From: Amoeboaphelidium protococcarum X5
Lineage: Eukaryota; Fungi; Aphelidiomycota
DNA length: 64,000 bases
Direction of reading: 5' to 3'
Assembly (NCBI GenBank): GCA_023515725.1
Contig: JALDTO010000192.1
Span: 620,001 to 684,000, forward strand
The translations under genes and the position numbers were made by a program. Of the stretch, positions 41,275 to 59,970 are shown in pieces; position 1 is the first letter of the stretch, and every line of letters starts with the position of its first letter. The notes under the pieces were generated by a model. It did no database searches. It worked only from the letters and a program-made list of their open reading frames with translations, and had not been told where the DNA came from.

Positions 41275-43179
41275 TCAAGTAGATAACATTTTTCGCACAG
41301 ACATAAATACAGGCACAAACACGGGAAATAACAGAGGGGCATATACAGCTAGTAGGTGTTCATTCGGAAAGTAGAGTAGAGACATCATTGTGGGATCAAA
41401 AAAGACCTTCTCAGCCAATTCTAATGCAGCCTTACTGCTTTAATAACAATCCATCAACGTGATGATATTTAATGTTCTATCAGCGGGTGTGGTGGCATCT
41501 ACTGAATCTTTTAGACCAGGACTAAAACGTTGATCCTTCTATACATATCTCATAGCCACATCCAAGTGATTAAACACCTGGTCCAACTCTTATCTAATAG
41601 AGTCTGATACAGCCATGTTGGTCAATTTCTCCAGCATCTTTTACAGTGCATGAATAGACTTGAATGTATCAATGATGTTCTGTGCAATCTTCTTCCGTAT
41701 AAGGATATCCATCTACCACGCAGATATTCCAGATTGAGATTAATTCTCACGTACATTTAAGTGATAACTTTTTTCCACGTGCGTACTAAGATCATTAGAA
41801 GGCCAGACAGGCTACACACCAAACAGTGTTTAAATTTGACTGATAAAGACGCCAAACGGAATACTCAGTTGATCATTGCTCAACCTTTAAATATTATCCC
41901 GTGCAGTACTCGACTTCCTGTAGTTATCATCATCATCATCGCCTGAATACTTTGCGACTTGATTTATCACATGAATACCACCCCAGCGAGGAAGCAGAAT
42001 AGAATTCGTAGATGATAGAGAGGGTGATGACATATTACCTTAACTATAACGACTTTCAACTTGCAGATACAACGGTCTGATCTAACGACTTGGTATGTAC
42101 GTAATAAAGTTAAGTTCATGAACAGAAGCATTACTAGATGAATCCAATTTCCACTTTCCAAAATTGATAAGGTGGCTTTACTGTTCCATAGAAAGACAAA
42201 ACTTTTGCTGCCCGTTAACAGATACACCATCACTATCATCCTCTTCAAAAGTATCTTTCAAGTCGCGGCTAATACTTTGCACGTTATTCTTTTGATCCAC
42301 ACTTTAACATGATGCAGGTTATACTGCAAGATCTGCATAATCTTGCACTGAATACTCAAAGCTAACGTCAGATATGATCTAGAGTTAATGTAACAACTTT
42401 TCCACAAACTTCTTATGAATAAAAGAACTATTCCAACCATATAGTAATTAATCAGAATCCCCATTTAGTAATCTAAATGAAAGATGATACGATGCAGAGT
42501 GTTGCACCACCTCATTACTACTCTACTGTCTGGAATTACACTAATCGTTGATTTGTAAACTCTCCTAGATCAAAATAGTCGCTAAAACTTCACTAATCAG
42601 ATGCTAAAGATACCCACCATCTTGACCTTTTGGATATTACAGAATGAGGGATCTGGATTAATCGTCTACTAGAATATGTATTCTGCCAGTATCCACAGCC
42701 ACAAGCTGTATGTTGTACGCACTGGGAATAACATTAACAGAGCTATTAATATCATCAAACACCATCTAGTCAACTCTGAGGTCCCATTTAACGCAATTCA
42801 ATGCATGACTGTGTGAAGCATGTTCTTGTAACAACTATTCCACAGCAGTCTATATATCAAATGCAGATATTGAGAGCTTATCACTTTCTGACTGAGGAAG
42901 ATGGAGCATTACATTCAGTGGATACTTGAACACTTGATTCTTAAACCATGCATCATACTTACTCAGCCTATCGAATGGAAGCTGTGCGCGATACACCGCA
43001 GTTGTACCAAGCCATATCGGCACAATCCAAAAGAAGCAGAATGCCACATAGACTACCGAGAAACTGTTATATTTAACTACACACCATTCAGTCAAAATTA
43101 TAAAAAATAATTGATAATATAAATTAGAAAAAAATTAATTAATACCTAATACAGGGGGTTACAAAGGTGGTCGTACCAT
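41275..43179 (-). CDS. PIGS: GPI transamidase component PIG-S/Gpi17; intron 43077-43145
   Basis: FWIVPIWLGTTAVYRAQLP N-terminal motif; AEKVFFDPTMMSLLYFPNEHLLAVYAPLLFP C-terminal motif. Confidence 0.88.
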
Positions 43180-43637
43180 ATTGTTATTGATTTACTATGC
43201 AGAAAGAACTACAATATGACTGACTGCATTTAGAAGAGTTATTAGGAGATGAGGAAATTCGTAAGAAACGAATTGAAACGGTGAGCTCCTATGTTGTACG
43301 ATGAAATGATTATCAACAGTATTCGTACAGAACAGAAGTTATCACTTTTTATTTTATATACAATATTGTTCAGATAAGTCCGTGTTACCTGTTTGATTAT
43401 CCGCACTTTCAGGATCAGGGGAATGACTCTTCAAGGCAGTAGTTACACTGATTATTACGCGTGACAAGAACACCTAACTTCAACATTTGGTCCTATAAAT
43501 AAAAAGATTAATCAGCATATAAAACGATCTCACGGCGTGAGACGTACCAATGTTAAAATTGCAAAGGTTAAATACGCGTGAATCATGTGTTGGACGGTGC
43601 AAAGGTACTACCTATCGTCGTCTATGATGAAACCATA

Positions 43638-44815
43638 ATGACCAAACAAACAATGCTCAAATTCACAGTAAAGGAGATACGGAGTTTTTTTTCCAAAAGA
43701 CAGTGAACTCACAACAGCAACTCGATTAATTAAAGGTAGCAATTGCTGCTATTCAACAAGAAATCAATGTAGCAAAACAGAAGGTGGAGGAAGCAGAGCA
43801 GAGTAGCGACTGCTGAATGGTATTGCGGAGGGACAACCCGCAGATATCATGGCTTAGCTCAGAAGTCTTTTGGTAGCGGCTAGTGCTGAGCTCGCCTGTC
43901 TGCGTTTGGTATAAGATAAGCTAATGGAGGAGAAGATACTATTTACCCGTCAAAATAATCATCAAGAGATCGATTCCAGAGTTCATAGTGATATTACTGA
44001 AACATTTGAGAATATGATATACAAGGACATCTTCGTCGTCTGTTTGGTGTTGGATATCGCGAGGATATTGGTTTTATAACCAAAGGCGCGTCTTTATCAA
44101 ATTCTGTAGCATTAGGGCTATTAAAGCAATTGTATCTTGATTTTAAAAGGTAGAAGTCAGGACAAGCCGACATTCTTTTGTATTTAGACAAGCCTTACAG
44201 CTCATGGTCAGTTGATGGAAATGAAAATGATCGGTTCGTATCGATTGGGAAGGATGATGATATTGATTTTGCAGCTGCTTTGGAAAGCTTGAACTAAACA
44301 ACTCCAGTCTGTCAGATCACTCCTCCTCGTCCTTCTTAAGAGGATCTTGATTAGGATTCAACATTGGTTTACAAAAGCAACGCGTCATTCTATGCCTTTT
44401 TTAGGCCTCCACAAATAAAAAATGGTATTTGGACAAGAGGGAACAGTTGGAACTTCAACTCGCGTATCTGGGTTTGAAATATCTCATAGCGCAGGATGAG
44501 TCTTTTGTCAGTAAACCGTTGGATGCTAAGCGTGTCGAATTGGCGTAAATTGTGCCTCGGTTGGTTGCGTTCGCTGGACTTTCTACATTCGATTCGTATA
44601 TAGACATCAAAGAAGAGGTAGTAAATTCCATTGTGGAAGCCAAGTTTCCTTTGCTTTGGATTTTCTTTCAGTCGGGAAGGTTGGTGTATGTATACAGTAG
44701 GTCAGCAGGTGCTGAAATGATGCAGCAAAAGATGGATATAGCTGAGATTAAAGATATGATTAAGGATGTGGCTAGGTAGATTAAGGATATGGCTGAAAGA
44801 TCGTCTACTAACTGA
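43638..44815 (+). pseudogene. Frameshifted coiled-coil + putative nuclease-fold gene (CR-effector-like remnant)
   Basis: Heptad N-terminus (QLKVAIAAIQQEINVAKQKVEEAE), later QADILLY..YAFF..STNKKWYLDKREQLELQLAYL..FPLLWIFFQSGRL; several frame changes. Confidence 0.4.
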
Positions 44816-44913
44816 AAACTAAAATATAAGATGTTTTAAATGATGTACCAGAACCAAAAAGGGAAAAGGCAATAAATAAATGCATAATAGAGAGAGATGA
44901 AACTTATTTGTTT

Positions 44914-46563
44914 TCATTCTTGGTCAACAGAGCCTGTGTTATCCTCTTCAGCGTCTCCATTGTCAGCAGCTGGTGCATTACCTTCATCTTCGGCAGAATC
45001 AGCTTTACCACTCTTTGCCTTCTCCTCCTACTCCTTCTAGTACTTCTCCTCCTCAGCTAGCAGCTTAGCCTCCAGCTCAGTTGCCTTTTGGATATTCTCC
45101 TTGGTGACGCGGTCCTGGTTCTCCAAAAAGTATACACGCTTCTACTTCAATGCCTCAATGGTCTTTGGAACATCAGCACGTCCAGATGGGGCATCAATCT
45201 TCAAGTTCCAGAATTGGTCCAGGACACCCAGATCCAAGCGGAGATCCTTCTCCTTCTCAGCCTTGTTCACCTTCGCAGCCTTGGCCTTCTTACCACCAAT
45301 CTGCATGGTAACCTCATCCAAGTCCTCCTTCTTCTTATACTCAACGGCAGCAGTGAATCCCTTTGGCAAAATTGCATCCTGAGTAACCTCACGAGGCGCT
45401 TTCACAGTCATCTTGCTATCCTGAGAAGCAGCAGCAGATCCCAAAATCTCAGCATCCAACAGATCGCTTCCACCGACAAGACCACTCAGCAGAATCATCA
45501 GAGCATTGCAAGTCTTAATCTCATTGGAGAAGGCTGGAATCTCTGCATTCTCTCTAGCCTGCTTCACACGCTCCAATCTCTTCTTTCTCTCCATCTCCTA
45601 TCTCTGCTTTCTCATCTCAATGTCACGTCGCTTGCGCTCTTCGTTCATGAAAGCATTGAACAGATCCTTTTTGGCATAATATTCACGAGCCAGCTATCTC
45701 TTCTAGTCGTTCAAATCATTCTGCTTCTTCTACAGATCGTTGCGCTCATCGTAAATCTTCTTCAACTTGCCTCTGTTCTCTTTTTGCTCTTCCTCAACCA
45801 CCTTCAGCTCCTTGTAAGTCTTTCCATGCAACTACTTCAGACGGCGAGACTCTGGATCAAATGAGGATAGAGTGTCACGCAGAGAGTCAACACGGCGCTT
45901 CTGCTCCTCAATAGCATCTTCCTTAGGATTGAAAACATCAAGCTGCTTCTTCTGACGCTTCAAGTTACTGATCTCGGACAGCACCTTCTTCTCCTCATTG
46001 ACTGGCAATGAACCGCTAGAGACCAATTTCTCCAACTCATTACAGCGGCGATCAACTTCAGAGGCACTCTTGAACGGAAGCTTATCACGAGCAGCCTTCA
46101 ACTCATCCTACTTCTTTCTCAACAGTTCCTGGGCGGCCTTCAACTCATCACTGACACGAGCTCTCTTGGCTTCGTGCTCAGCCTGTTCCAACTTCACAGC
46201 ATCCAACTAAGCCTTCAACTCGCTTCTAGCCTGACCAGCTGGACTTTCGCTGCTCTCAGCATCAATTTTGGCGCGCACCTTGTCCAGCTAAACCTTCAAC
46301 TTATCGATATCGTTCTGCAAGTCTTTCTGCTTGCGATCGAACAAGATCTAATCAGGCTTCTCTGGGCGCTTTCCACTCAGCAACAGAGCCTTAGCCTCAG
46401 CGATGATTGCTTAATCAATAGTACGCGTCTTAACACCAGCAGGGCGATCTCCACTAGGACGACGGTTGGCGCCATCCCTCTTATTTCTACCACCGGATTT
46501 GTGAGCAATCTTGGATGATTTAGCTTGCTAATTATGGGATACAGCAGGTTCTACAGTCGTCAT
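44914..46563 (-). CDS. BFR1: Bfr1-like coiled-coil RNA-associated protein
   Basis: KPD...LPFKSASEVDRRCNELEKLVSSGSLPVNEEKKVLSEISNLKRQKK; PAFSNEIKTC; TGA 44914-44916. Confidence 0.82.
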
Positions 46564-46883
46564 TTTACGTTATAAAGTATTAAAATAAGTAAACAAAGAT
46601 GATCTACTATTTAAATTAATCGCGACTGGGAACAAGCGACTGAAAATCTTTTTGAACTTTGATCGTTTTGGGTTGATCGCGCTCAGCTGGCGAAGGACGA
46701 CGAAAGAATTGAATGGGCGAGCTCTGGTAAGGCGCGATCGACAAGGCTCTATAAAGAAGAGCTCACAGTCAGCTATCTGGCTGTAGATTATCCACTACTG
46801 TAGTCATAATCTGTATAAACATTGAGAGGAATAAATTTATATCTAAAATACAATTCATCTCAAAGTCTTAACAATAAATAACA

Positions 46884-47504
46884 TCAAAACATCACCAGCA
46901 TCACGAATATCGCCAGAAAGAGGAAATCCAAACTCCTTACTGCAGCAAAACTTGTCACAGGCGGTTGAAGGGTGAAGTCAATGCATTGATAATAATCTTT
47001 CGGTCCACTTGTGTACCGCACTTGTACGGTGATGGGCACCGGTGTTTAAACATTCAGTAGGAGAAGTGGCTTGATCTGAGACAGTGTCCACTGGGTACCA
47101 TTAGGCGTAGTTAATGGGAACGGGATGTTAGTGACGGCCGGCACCAGAAATCCTTGAGTACTCACCTGTCCACCGGTAAATTGAGGATTCCCGCCCATCA
47201 TAAGAGACGCTGAGACATTACCGCTACCGTAACCCATGTAAATGAGCCCGCTGATGGTTAAATTTGACGTTGTGTATAAAAACTATCTTTCACTGACAGC
47301 TGATGCCGATCCACTAGAGCCACATGGCTTATCGTTTCCACCAGGAGGAGTCGTTTCTCTGTCGCCTTGATCTCTAACAGTTCGCAGTACTATGCTTTGA
47401 TTAAGCGGAACATTATCCACACTTATCGCTGTTATATTAAACTCTGCCTAGATATAGCTGATACCAACAATAATTAGTAAAAGCGCCGATCGTAATAGTT
47501 CCAT
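46884..47504 (-). CDS. Secreted, probably GPI-anchored Bim1/X325-like protein
   Basis: Signal peptide, KPCGS, L..GGNPQF, TVQVRY...YYQCIDFTL, hydrophobic C-terminus. Confidence 0.6.
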
Positions 47505-48109
47505 TATTATCTCTAAAGTCTAATTAATTCTAAATCCTTTTCACTCTAGTTTTAATTTCTGAAACAGAACCAAAATAGGTTGGAAAACTGATCATTTGCT
47601 TGTTTGTTTGTTGAATCACCTTTGCTTTCACTAATAGCGCTGGTAGAACCAGCTGATGAGCTTTTGGAACTTTTGTATTATCGCTCTCACGGAGAAAGTC
47701 GTAACTTAATTTGGATTCCATATTAAAATCTAATTATCTAGCTTTATTCGATCTTTCAAGATTTTGCTACCAGCAATTTGACATTCAGTCTTTACGCTAT
47801 TCAGTGCGCGTATCTGAGAGACTAGAAGAGTTTAGTTGGCAGCTGCTATTTAAAAACCTTGCAACAATAGCTCCATGTTAATCCATACAAGTGAATTTTA
47901 ATTGCCTATTTCTAAATCGCGTTCAAGGTCCACATCCCTTTTATGGACTGCAGTGGCTATCATTAATATTTCCACGTAAAGCTGATTGAACAGACCTCAT
48001 TGAAAGCGATAACGTTGTCAAGCAGCTGTGATCATCAACCGTCATTAGTGATGGTATCCATTGATGAAATTTAAACTTTTCTGCCACCTGATACGCACCA
48101 GTCTGCAAG

Positions 48110-48131
48110 TAATAATAATAATAATAATAAT
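48110..48131. repeat. (AAT)n microsatellite just upstream of the DUF1275 ATG
   Basis: taataataataataataataat. Confidence 0.7.
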
Positions 48132-48133
48132 TA

Positions 48134-49057
48134 ATGTCCAATATAACTCAGCGAGATAACTTTAAAGTATTGATCATCGGAGCGTTTCTCCTCTCCTCTA
48201 ATGCTGGATACATTGGTGCGTTGTCGATCGCCGGTCTGCACAATTGCACCGTGGCCCACATTTCTGGAGATATGATAAAGTCTGCCATTTATGTTGCGTT
48301 AGAAGACTGGTTCTATGCTGCGCGGATATCGATGGTATGGCTCAGCTTCATGGCCGGCTCAGCGGTGAGTGCAATGATTGTCAGTGGAACTAAGACGTTT
48401 GATCTTCGGCGGACGTACGGTTGGGCTCTGTTGATTGAAAGTGGATTGCTGTTCATCTCGTACTTGGTCGCCGATAACCAGGTAAAGTTGAATAACTGGT
48501 GGTGGTCAGAGTACTTTGCTGCGATGGCATGTGGTTTATAGAATGCGCTGTGCACGACTTACAGCGGTGCCGTTTTGAGAACCACCCATATGACTGGATG
48601 TGCCACTGATTTTGGTATTGTATTAGGATAAGAGGTGAGGATGCGTGTGATCATTCCTCTACGACAGCGACTGAATGCTATCGGGTATAAAAGAATATAA
48701 GCGGTATCATAGCCTGATGCAGAGACATCAATTTTATGGAAATTAAAGTTTTTGGTGCCTTTGATGGCGGGATATCTGTTTGGTGCATTGGTGGGCACGC
48801 TTTGCTATGTACACTTTAAGTAACACGCTTTAGTCGGTCCATTTGTATTCACTGGTTGCATTGGATTATTTTTCGCAGTTTGGACCACATTGCGCAAGGT
48901 TGGATTACAGGTTTAAGCTCTGGGATCGGATATAGGACACAAAGTCACGCTCCTTCTTCATCCGCATGACCATGAAACTGCGCATTAGCATTAGGACCCG
49001 GTCAGTGATACCGTACAGTTAAATGCTGTATCTAGAACATCCCAAATACAAAATTGA
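48134..49057 (+). CDS. DUF1275/YoaK-family membrane protein
   Basis: LLSSNAGYIGA, VAHISGD, FMAGSAVS, ACGL(TAG=Q)NALCTTYSGAVLRTTHMTGCATDFG. Confidence 0.85.
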
Positions 49058-49967
49058 TCTCAAAAATCTTTTTATAAATTGTATTATTTTTATTATCCAT
49101 CCATATTGAGGCATAAAAATAGTAAAAACTACGGTGCGTAACTCTTCTCTTTAAATCCAAGTTGTCATAAAGGCTTTGGGTACACTAAAAGACAACTATA
49201 AAGACATTTGACTTCACAAAATCTCCATTGATGGACTTACTGATGTGGATGACTTTCTCAAGGAAATCAGGGACGGAATCCCAACTCGCAATTCTTCAAA
49301 ACGCTTCAATCGCCCTGTAACAATCTGATAGAACAACTGAAGTTGATGTCGGCGTTTCGCCTGTTGATTATTTGAATGGCACACTCACGTAAGAATCCTC
49401 TCATTGTGAAGATTGCCTTTGTTGCAATACTCATCCGTCAAGTTACAACCATTTTAAAATGAGTAAGGCGTCGGGTCGAAAATATTTGGATGCTATTGCC
49501 ACTTAAAGATTCCCAAACGCGTACACAGTGCCTTTTTCCTGCGAATTCAAACAGCAAACCATACGTTATCATACTTCATTCTGATTTTTGTAAAGAATCG
49601 ATGTCATATTTGTAGACTGTAGATTATTGGTGTCAAAGATGGCCTACTCCTCCAACCCGGATGATTTGACAATCAAATGGGAAGATTCTTCTGATCTAAT
49701 AGCTCACTTACTGTTTGATAAAGTCTAATTTAATGTGCATCAATAATTTATTGCTTGACGGTTATAACGCTTGTTTCAACGATGCACGTAGTTGGTTCAC
49801 TGATTTTGCGTTTCTCTTATCTCTTGGTAGCCAGAAGATCGTTACAACATGCAATAGCAAGATAAAAGGCAAGTTGGAACCCGTTGGTATAACTCGGACG
49901 GATTCATGGAATTGAGATAGAGTAAAGCGCATTTAAAATATAGCTAATTTCATCTATTAGTATTCAC

Positions 49968-54446
<4,479 letters not shown>

Positions 54447-54780
54447 AATTATGTTGTTTTAATAATTAAACGATCCACCAGATAATTTATAGAATCAGAA
54501 TGTTGCTAAGATAAGCAAAAGCAGAGGAAAAACGCGTCACAGATCGTCGTGGAATAAAATGAAAAGAGCTCTCGTCATTCTGAGCCGCGTGTTAGACCAG
54601 TCATTTAGTATAAATAGTGATAGACTTTGTAAACCATTGTCTATCATTCATTACTTACTAAATATACAACATAGTTTAAAAGTAAACGCCTATTTTTGAA
54701 TTAAATGTATTGTCTAGAATCTCAAAAAGTCCAAAGTGATAATCCCAATAAGGAGTAATCGTTAAGTGACACCAGCCGAT

Positions 54781-55584
54781 TCAGAGAAGATTCGTCTATT
54801 GAATCTCTTCCTATTCAAAAATAACACCGTCGTACAACATTTCGTCACTCCTCGTCTTTTCCCCGCCATTTGCGAGCACTTTGTTCTCCGCGCCTGAGAT
54901 GTGTTTTTATTAATAGAGAGCTTCGCCACTCTGTTGTTTCACTTTAGTCACAAGACGCGTCTGCTGCCTCACCCATCCATTGAACCAGTACAGATGCAAT
55001 GGATATATTCCGGCCACAATGAGCCACCATGGTCCATCGATGGGCAGTTTGAGGTTGTAGAATTTGTAAATCATGCATCCGTGGAACAGAATACGCGTAG
55101 AGAAGAAGGTGAATCCAAAAATCTTGTCATTTCTCAACGACTTCCAGACATGGCCGAGCGAGAGTACTAGAGTGGGTAGTTCCATGACTGCCATCACTAT
55201 GAATGGCCCAGTGAGTTGTATCTTTATCAGATGAGTGACCAACCAAAAATAACAGAGATGATGCACGTATCCACTGAGTATATCTATATTCTACCGATAT
55301 TCAACCAGTCCGACCAGGATGTCTACCACGAGATAACAGACGAAGAAACAGCTTAATTACATGTCAAGCTCTGTGTGTGCAGGATGTATACTCATATTGA
55401 ATCCACTATCTGAGATGAGCCTTATCACGCTATAAAAGCTACCAATCGTCATTACGAAGGATGCTATTAGTGTCATGATCCAGGCCTTTTATCGCGGTCC
55501 AGCCTATGGTATTTACTATTTGATGACATGGTATCCGCCTAAAAGTAGTGCAAAAGATGCAGCAGATGCTTATATCACTGACAT
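54781..55584 (-). CDS. TLC-domain membrane protein
   Basis: KAWIMTLIAS, DILVG..Y, GYVHH, MELPT..LSLG, FGFTFFSTRI, LHLYWF. Confidence 0.8.
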
Positions 55585-56217
55585 TATATTGTATTGATTG
55601 CTTTTAATTAGAATATACTTTGACAAAGAGGAGTGGACAATAAAGTGCAAGTGTGTTATTTATAAACAAACAAGCCAGTGATAGGCACGATGTTGCGGCC
55701 GTTTGAATCGCCGCTGCCGGCCTGTCGAATAGCAAAAGAGATCGATCACGCCGCATGTAACAGTGTAACGCTGCATGGTTGAGTAATCTATTGTAGTCTA
55801 TTTCTGTTCATTGATGTGTTCTAAGTAGAGTTCTTTTGTTATGGAATATAATTAAAGAGTCTATGAGAAAAGCTATCCGAGATATCTTCGTTCCTATAAG
55901 GTAACCAGACACCACAAAGAATTAGCCAAATTGACTAAAAAAAGCATTTAATCGTATAAGAGGACTACTAAGCTCTCTAATGAGGCATCATGTTAAAGAC
56001 AATAATTTCAAACCAAGGCGCGAGGCGTTAGTGTGTTGAATCAGCGCGCGAATAACAGTACGTAACGCTAACCGCATGACTCTTTTCTGGGGACAAGTTT
56101 TCGCTTATCAAACTACTTGAAGAGCGACGCGTCTTGATGTGATTTTGACGTTATTATAGTCCTTTTGCCTTGTTGTTTATTATTTTGGTCACTACTAAAA
56201 ACATTAAAGGAAAATAC

Positions 56218-57729
56218 ATGTTATCGTTAAATTGTTTTGTAGTGTGTATTTTGTCGGTATTGCTACTTGCTGGCGCTGAGTAGTAACTTGTCACAAAGGA
56301 TAACAAATTCAAGATTGACTGGAGAATTGACAGCACCAATGATGTGGTCACATTTGGAGTCAGCGAATTGGTGCCCGGATTTTTCACCGACAGATGGTTT
56401 GCCCTGGCATTTAATGACAAGGATGGTAGGAGGACTATGAACAATGTCGATATGGTGTTTGTTAATGTGGATAGCAGTGCATAAAATTGTGTTGTCACCG
56501 ATCGCTGGTCAGATACCCAGTCTGAGCCGAGTACTGATGACTAGTTTGGCGGCGTGCAAGATTATTATGCCCAACAACTTCGTGCCACTAAAGACGGCCA
56601 TGCAAGATGCGAGTTTAGTCGCAAATTAGAGACTGGCGATAAATATGATTTCCAATTCACTAAGAATCAGACTATTCTCCTATTCTATGCTCACTCTGAA
56701 ATTCTGGATGGTGGTAGTCGTTTCGACAGACACCACAAGACTGTTGGAGGATAATTGATTAATTTATTTGATGCTAATCAAGATGTAGACTAAAGACAGC
56801 CTGGTGGTATTTATCTGGACGATCCTAACTACAGATTAAAGCGCGGTGAAGTATTGTGGAAATGGAAGGTGTTATGGCACTCTGCAGCAATGACCGTTGC
56901 ATTTATCGTCCTAATGTTCCCTTTCGCAGTGTTGGCGCGTTATATGAAGTACATTGTGCCTAAATGGTTCTTTCATCATTGGAAAGGTCAGGTACTGGCG
57001 ACATTGATTGCCATAGCTGGATTCATCATTGTGTTTTATCATTTGAAATGGAGCTTTAGATGGACTAACAGACACACTTATTTGGGCGTTGTGTTGATGT
57101 TTGTTCTCATTCCCCTCTAGCTGATTATGGGCTATCTGAGTAATGCTTTGTGGTATGCTGGTAAACCGCCGCATTTATGCCCGGATAAATTGCATTGGAT
57201 TCTTGGTTATGTTATCTTAGTGTCATCCGTGGTCAACATTGGTTTTGGTGTCGAATGGTATTAGGAATTAGCTCCGTTATATCTCGCTAGTTAGAAAGTT
57301 GAATTGCAATATGATTCGTAGGGTAACGTGTCTAACCTCAACAATGGCCTCAATTGGACAGTGTTCGCAGTAGCATGTAGTTTCCTGGGATTAGGACTCT
57401 TGCTCTTTGAAGTATTTGTTGGATAAAAGCATGAACATTAGTAGACTTCTGAATAGTACAACACGTCTTCTGTATAGTCATCTTCTGATGATATCGCCAC
57501 GATGGACGTTGAAGAAGTGCCAGTAGCGGTTATACCAAATGAAGAAGAGGTGGCTATCGATGATGCTGGTGTTGAACCTTTAGTGTTGTTGGAGAACAAG
57601 GGACAGCGAAATAGTAGAGGTATTGAGTTCAAGTGGAGCAGATCTTGGACTAAAGCGTTCTATGTTGTCTGGTGGATAACTCTAACTATTGCCTCGATTT
57701 TGTTCATTCTATCGTTGGTGTACATGTGA
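56218..57729 (+). CDS. DOMON + cytochrome b561 membrane protein
   Basis: Signal peptide, WFALAF..MNNVDMV..DRW..P..D..CEFSRKL.TGD.YD (DOMON), then b561 His motifs (WHSAAM, WFFHH, RH.YLG, LHW.LG). Confidence 0.85.
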
Positions 57730-57853
57730 TTGTCGTGCTGTGTCTATGTGGATTAATTTGAAGATAGATGCTATTGACGTGATAATAAGAAATAAATTAA
57801 AATCTTTTTATGAAAATAAATATCTGTGTTTATGGCAATGTATTTTTAGAAAG

Positions 57854-58888
57854 TCAATCATCTTGGTTGTTCTAGTTCACGAAAGCCTCAGCTTCATCAT
57901 GGTACTCTTTCCATTGCGCATATACCGTTTTCCAATTCTGATCAATATTGAACTCTTTCGTTTACAAGAATGGCTTATACAGGGTATAGTGAATAATTCT
58001 AGCATTAGGCAGCAATCTATCCCAAGTCCTACGAAGATCAGCTTATCCCCATGACCGGAGCAGGGCAAGATTTAGATTGTAAATATAGTCCATCAACACA
58101 AGGCCATGTCTGAAATAGTAATTCAACAGGCCTTGTTCGGCCCACACAGCGGGATAAATGTCCGGACAAGACATCATCCTCATAAAGTCTGTGAACATTC
58201 TGCTACAAGGGATGAGAGACATTACGCCAGCATTAAATGTATCTCTATACCCATCGGACTGATTCTCCCAAATGTCACCAACGGCAGCGAGTGGCACAGA
58301 CTATGGCAGATCCAAAAGAGCGGATATGTCGCCTACAATTAGCACATCCGCATCCAAATACACCATTCTATCGTACTGAGTCATATTCCAGATGTTCAAC
58401 TTTGTGTACTGATCATAGAAATGAGGCGGAGGCTCCATGCCAGCTACCGGTTAAATCAGAGTGACAGGCTCCAGTATGAATCCAGCTCTGGACAGCCTCT
58501 CAACATAATACTAACTCACTTTCTCTTCCAGGTACAAGATAAGAAATGGCACCGATGGGTGGTGTTTAAGAGCGGAGTAGGCAAGAGTCATCACCCCATC
58601 ATAATAATTATCAGACAGAAACTACGTGACAAAAACCTTGTTCAGTGACGCGGGATCTTTCTAATGCGCGGCATTCATCTATTGGCATGACTTGATGGAA
58701 TTAGAGCAGGTGGAGCGTCTACATTACACCGGCAGTTGGCTGTCAATAAGCTCTGTATTTCTGATAAACATAAAGTAGATTAGATTGATCATTGCCAAGA
58801 CACCAATAGCAGCGAGAAGATAGGTATATTGAGGTCGCTTACCCAGCCACTTTCTAATATGAAATCGCTACATAGTAATTCCGTTCAT
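57854..58888 (-). CDS. Glycosyltransferase family 8 (glycogenin-like), type II membrane protein
   Basis: YTKLNIWNMTQYDRMVYLDADVL, FNAGV, AEQGLLNYYF, YNL, IIHYT..KP. Confidence 0.9.
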
Positions 58889-59214
58889 ATTTTATCTGAC
58901 GCAATCTTGTAATTACTAATTTATCAGTTAGACTACGAAATAAGGTAAGTAAGGTGTTTATATTGATAAGGCGACTCTCCGTGCTTTGAATCTTCCCCCT
59001 GGCCAGGACTGACTGAATCATCAAAACGTTGCGACCAAATTGAACAAAAGCGGTCTGGACTGTGGGTGTTGTGGCGCCATAGACTCAATCCAAAGAACAT
59101 GAAATAATATACTAAGATGGTAAAGAACATGCTATATATTAAAAAGTCATTATTTCGTAGATTCCAAAAGACTTTGATAGTATTTCAGCTTGGTATTTAG
59201 TATAAAGATAGTCT

Positions 59215-59781
59215 ATGACTCTTGCCGCGAGACTCGGTCCTATGAGAGGAGTGTAGCAAACTTGGATTAGAGTTGATCAATCAGCCCTTGCTAATCTTGT
59301 TTTATTTATTAAACTAATTCTCGGTTGGCTCCCTATTCTTCCAATTCCTCCCGATATTCCATCATTTAGATTAAGAATTCATTCATATCCGGAAAGTTCA
59401 ATTATGACTGAGACTCTTCCTCACTATCTCCATCGTGATCGACTAAATGTAGTATCCGCAGTAGATATTAAGAACGCTTGAGTGGATCTTACAAAACTTT
59501 ATACGCAGTATTAACATACGCAGACCACTATCTGGCGTATTCATCTTGCTACTGATTGCCAATCTTGGCATATGTATCTGGATGACACTTTTATTACAAT
59601 CTATAATACTGTTAGCGAATGGATTTTAAATCTATATCAAAAGTAATAGCAGGTATCTAGAATAACTAAAAATATGAATTCTAATACGCGTCCTTTATCT
59701 TATATGACGGAACTTGTTAAGGGATACTCTGCAATGCCTGACACTAATAACACGATACCATCAACATACAGTCTCTGTTGA
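59215..59781 (+). pseudogene. Possible degraded orphan ORF with an internal TGA (59479-59481)
   Basis: About 188 codons in one frame under TAR=Gln with a single TGA; no family recognised. Confidence 0.3.
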
Positions 59782-59970
59782 TCTCTAATCTCGTACCGCA
59801 GTTCCAACATGCCTTTAATCTGACTGTATTTATCAATCTAGTTGGTATTTATGACTTGCGAATATTCTTTCTCCAACCAACCAACATCATTAACCAAGCG
59901 CGTGTCTGTCCCTCTTGATCCTTTTTAAAATAAGAATTCTCTGAAAAAGACAAATCATTAAAGGAGAAAT

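Noticed and set aside
45088-45864. 258-aa plus-strand ORF, and similar ORFs at 61821-62369, 53406-53852, 27615-28010 and 5578-5931
   Set aside because: Antisense shadows of real genes (BFR1, PRPS, ABCC, CCDC124, NOP56).
49200-49930. Possible coding remnants between DUF1275 and the ABCC gene (also 30660-31000)
   Set aside because: Short frames with no recognisable motifs; not supportable as genes.
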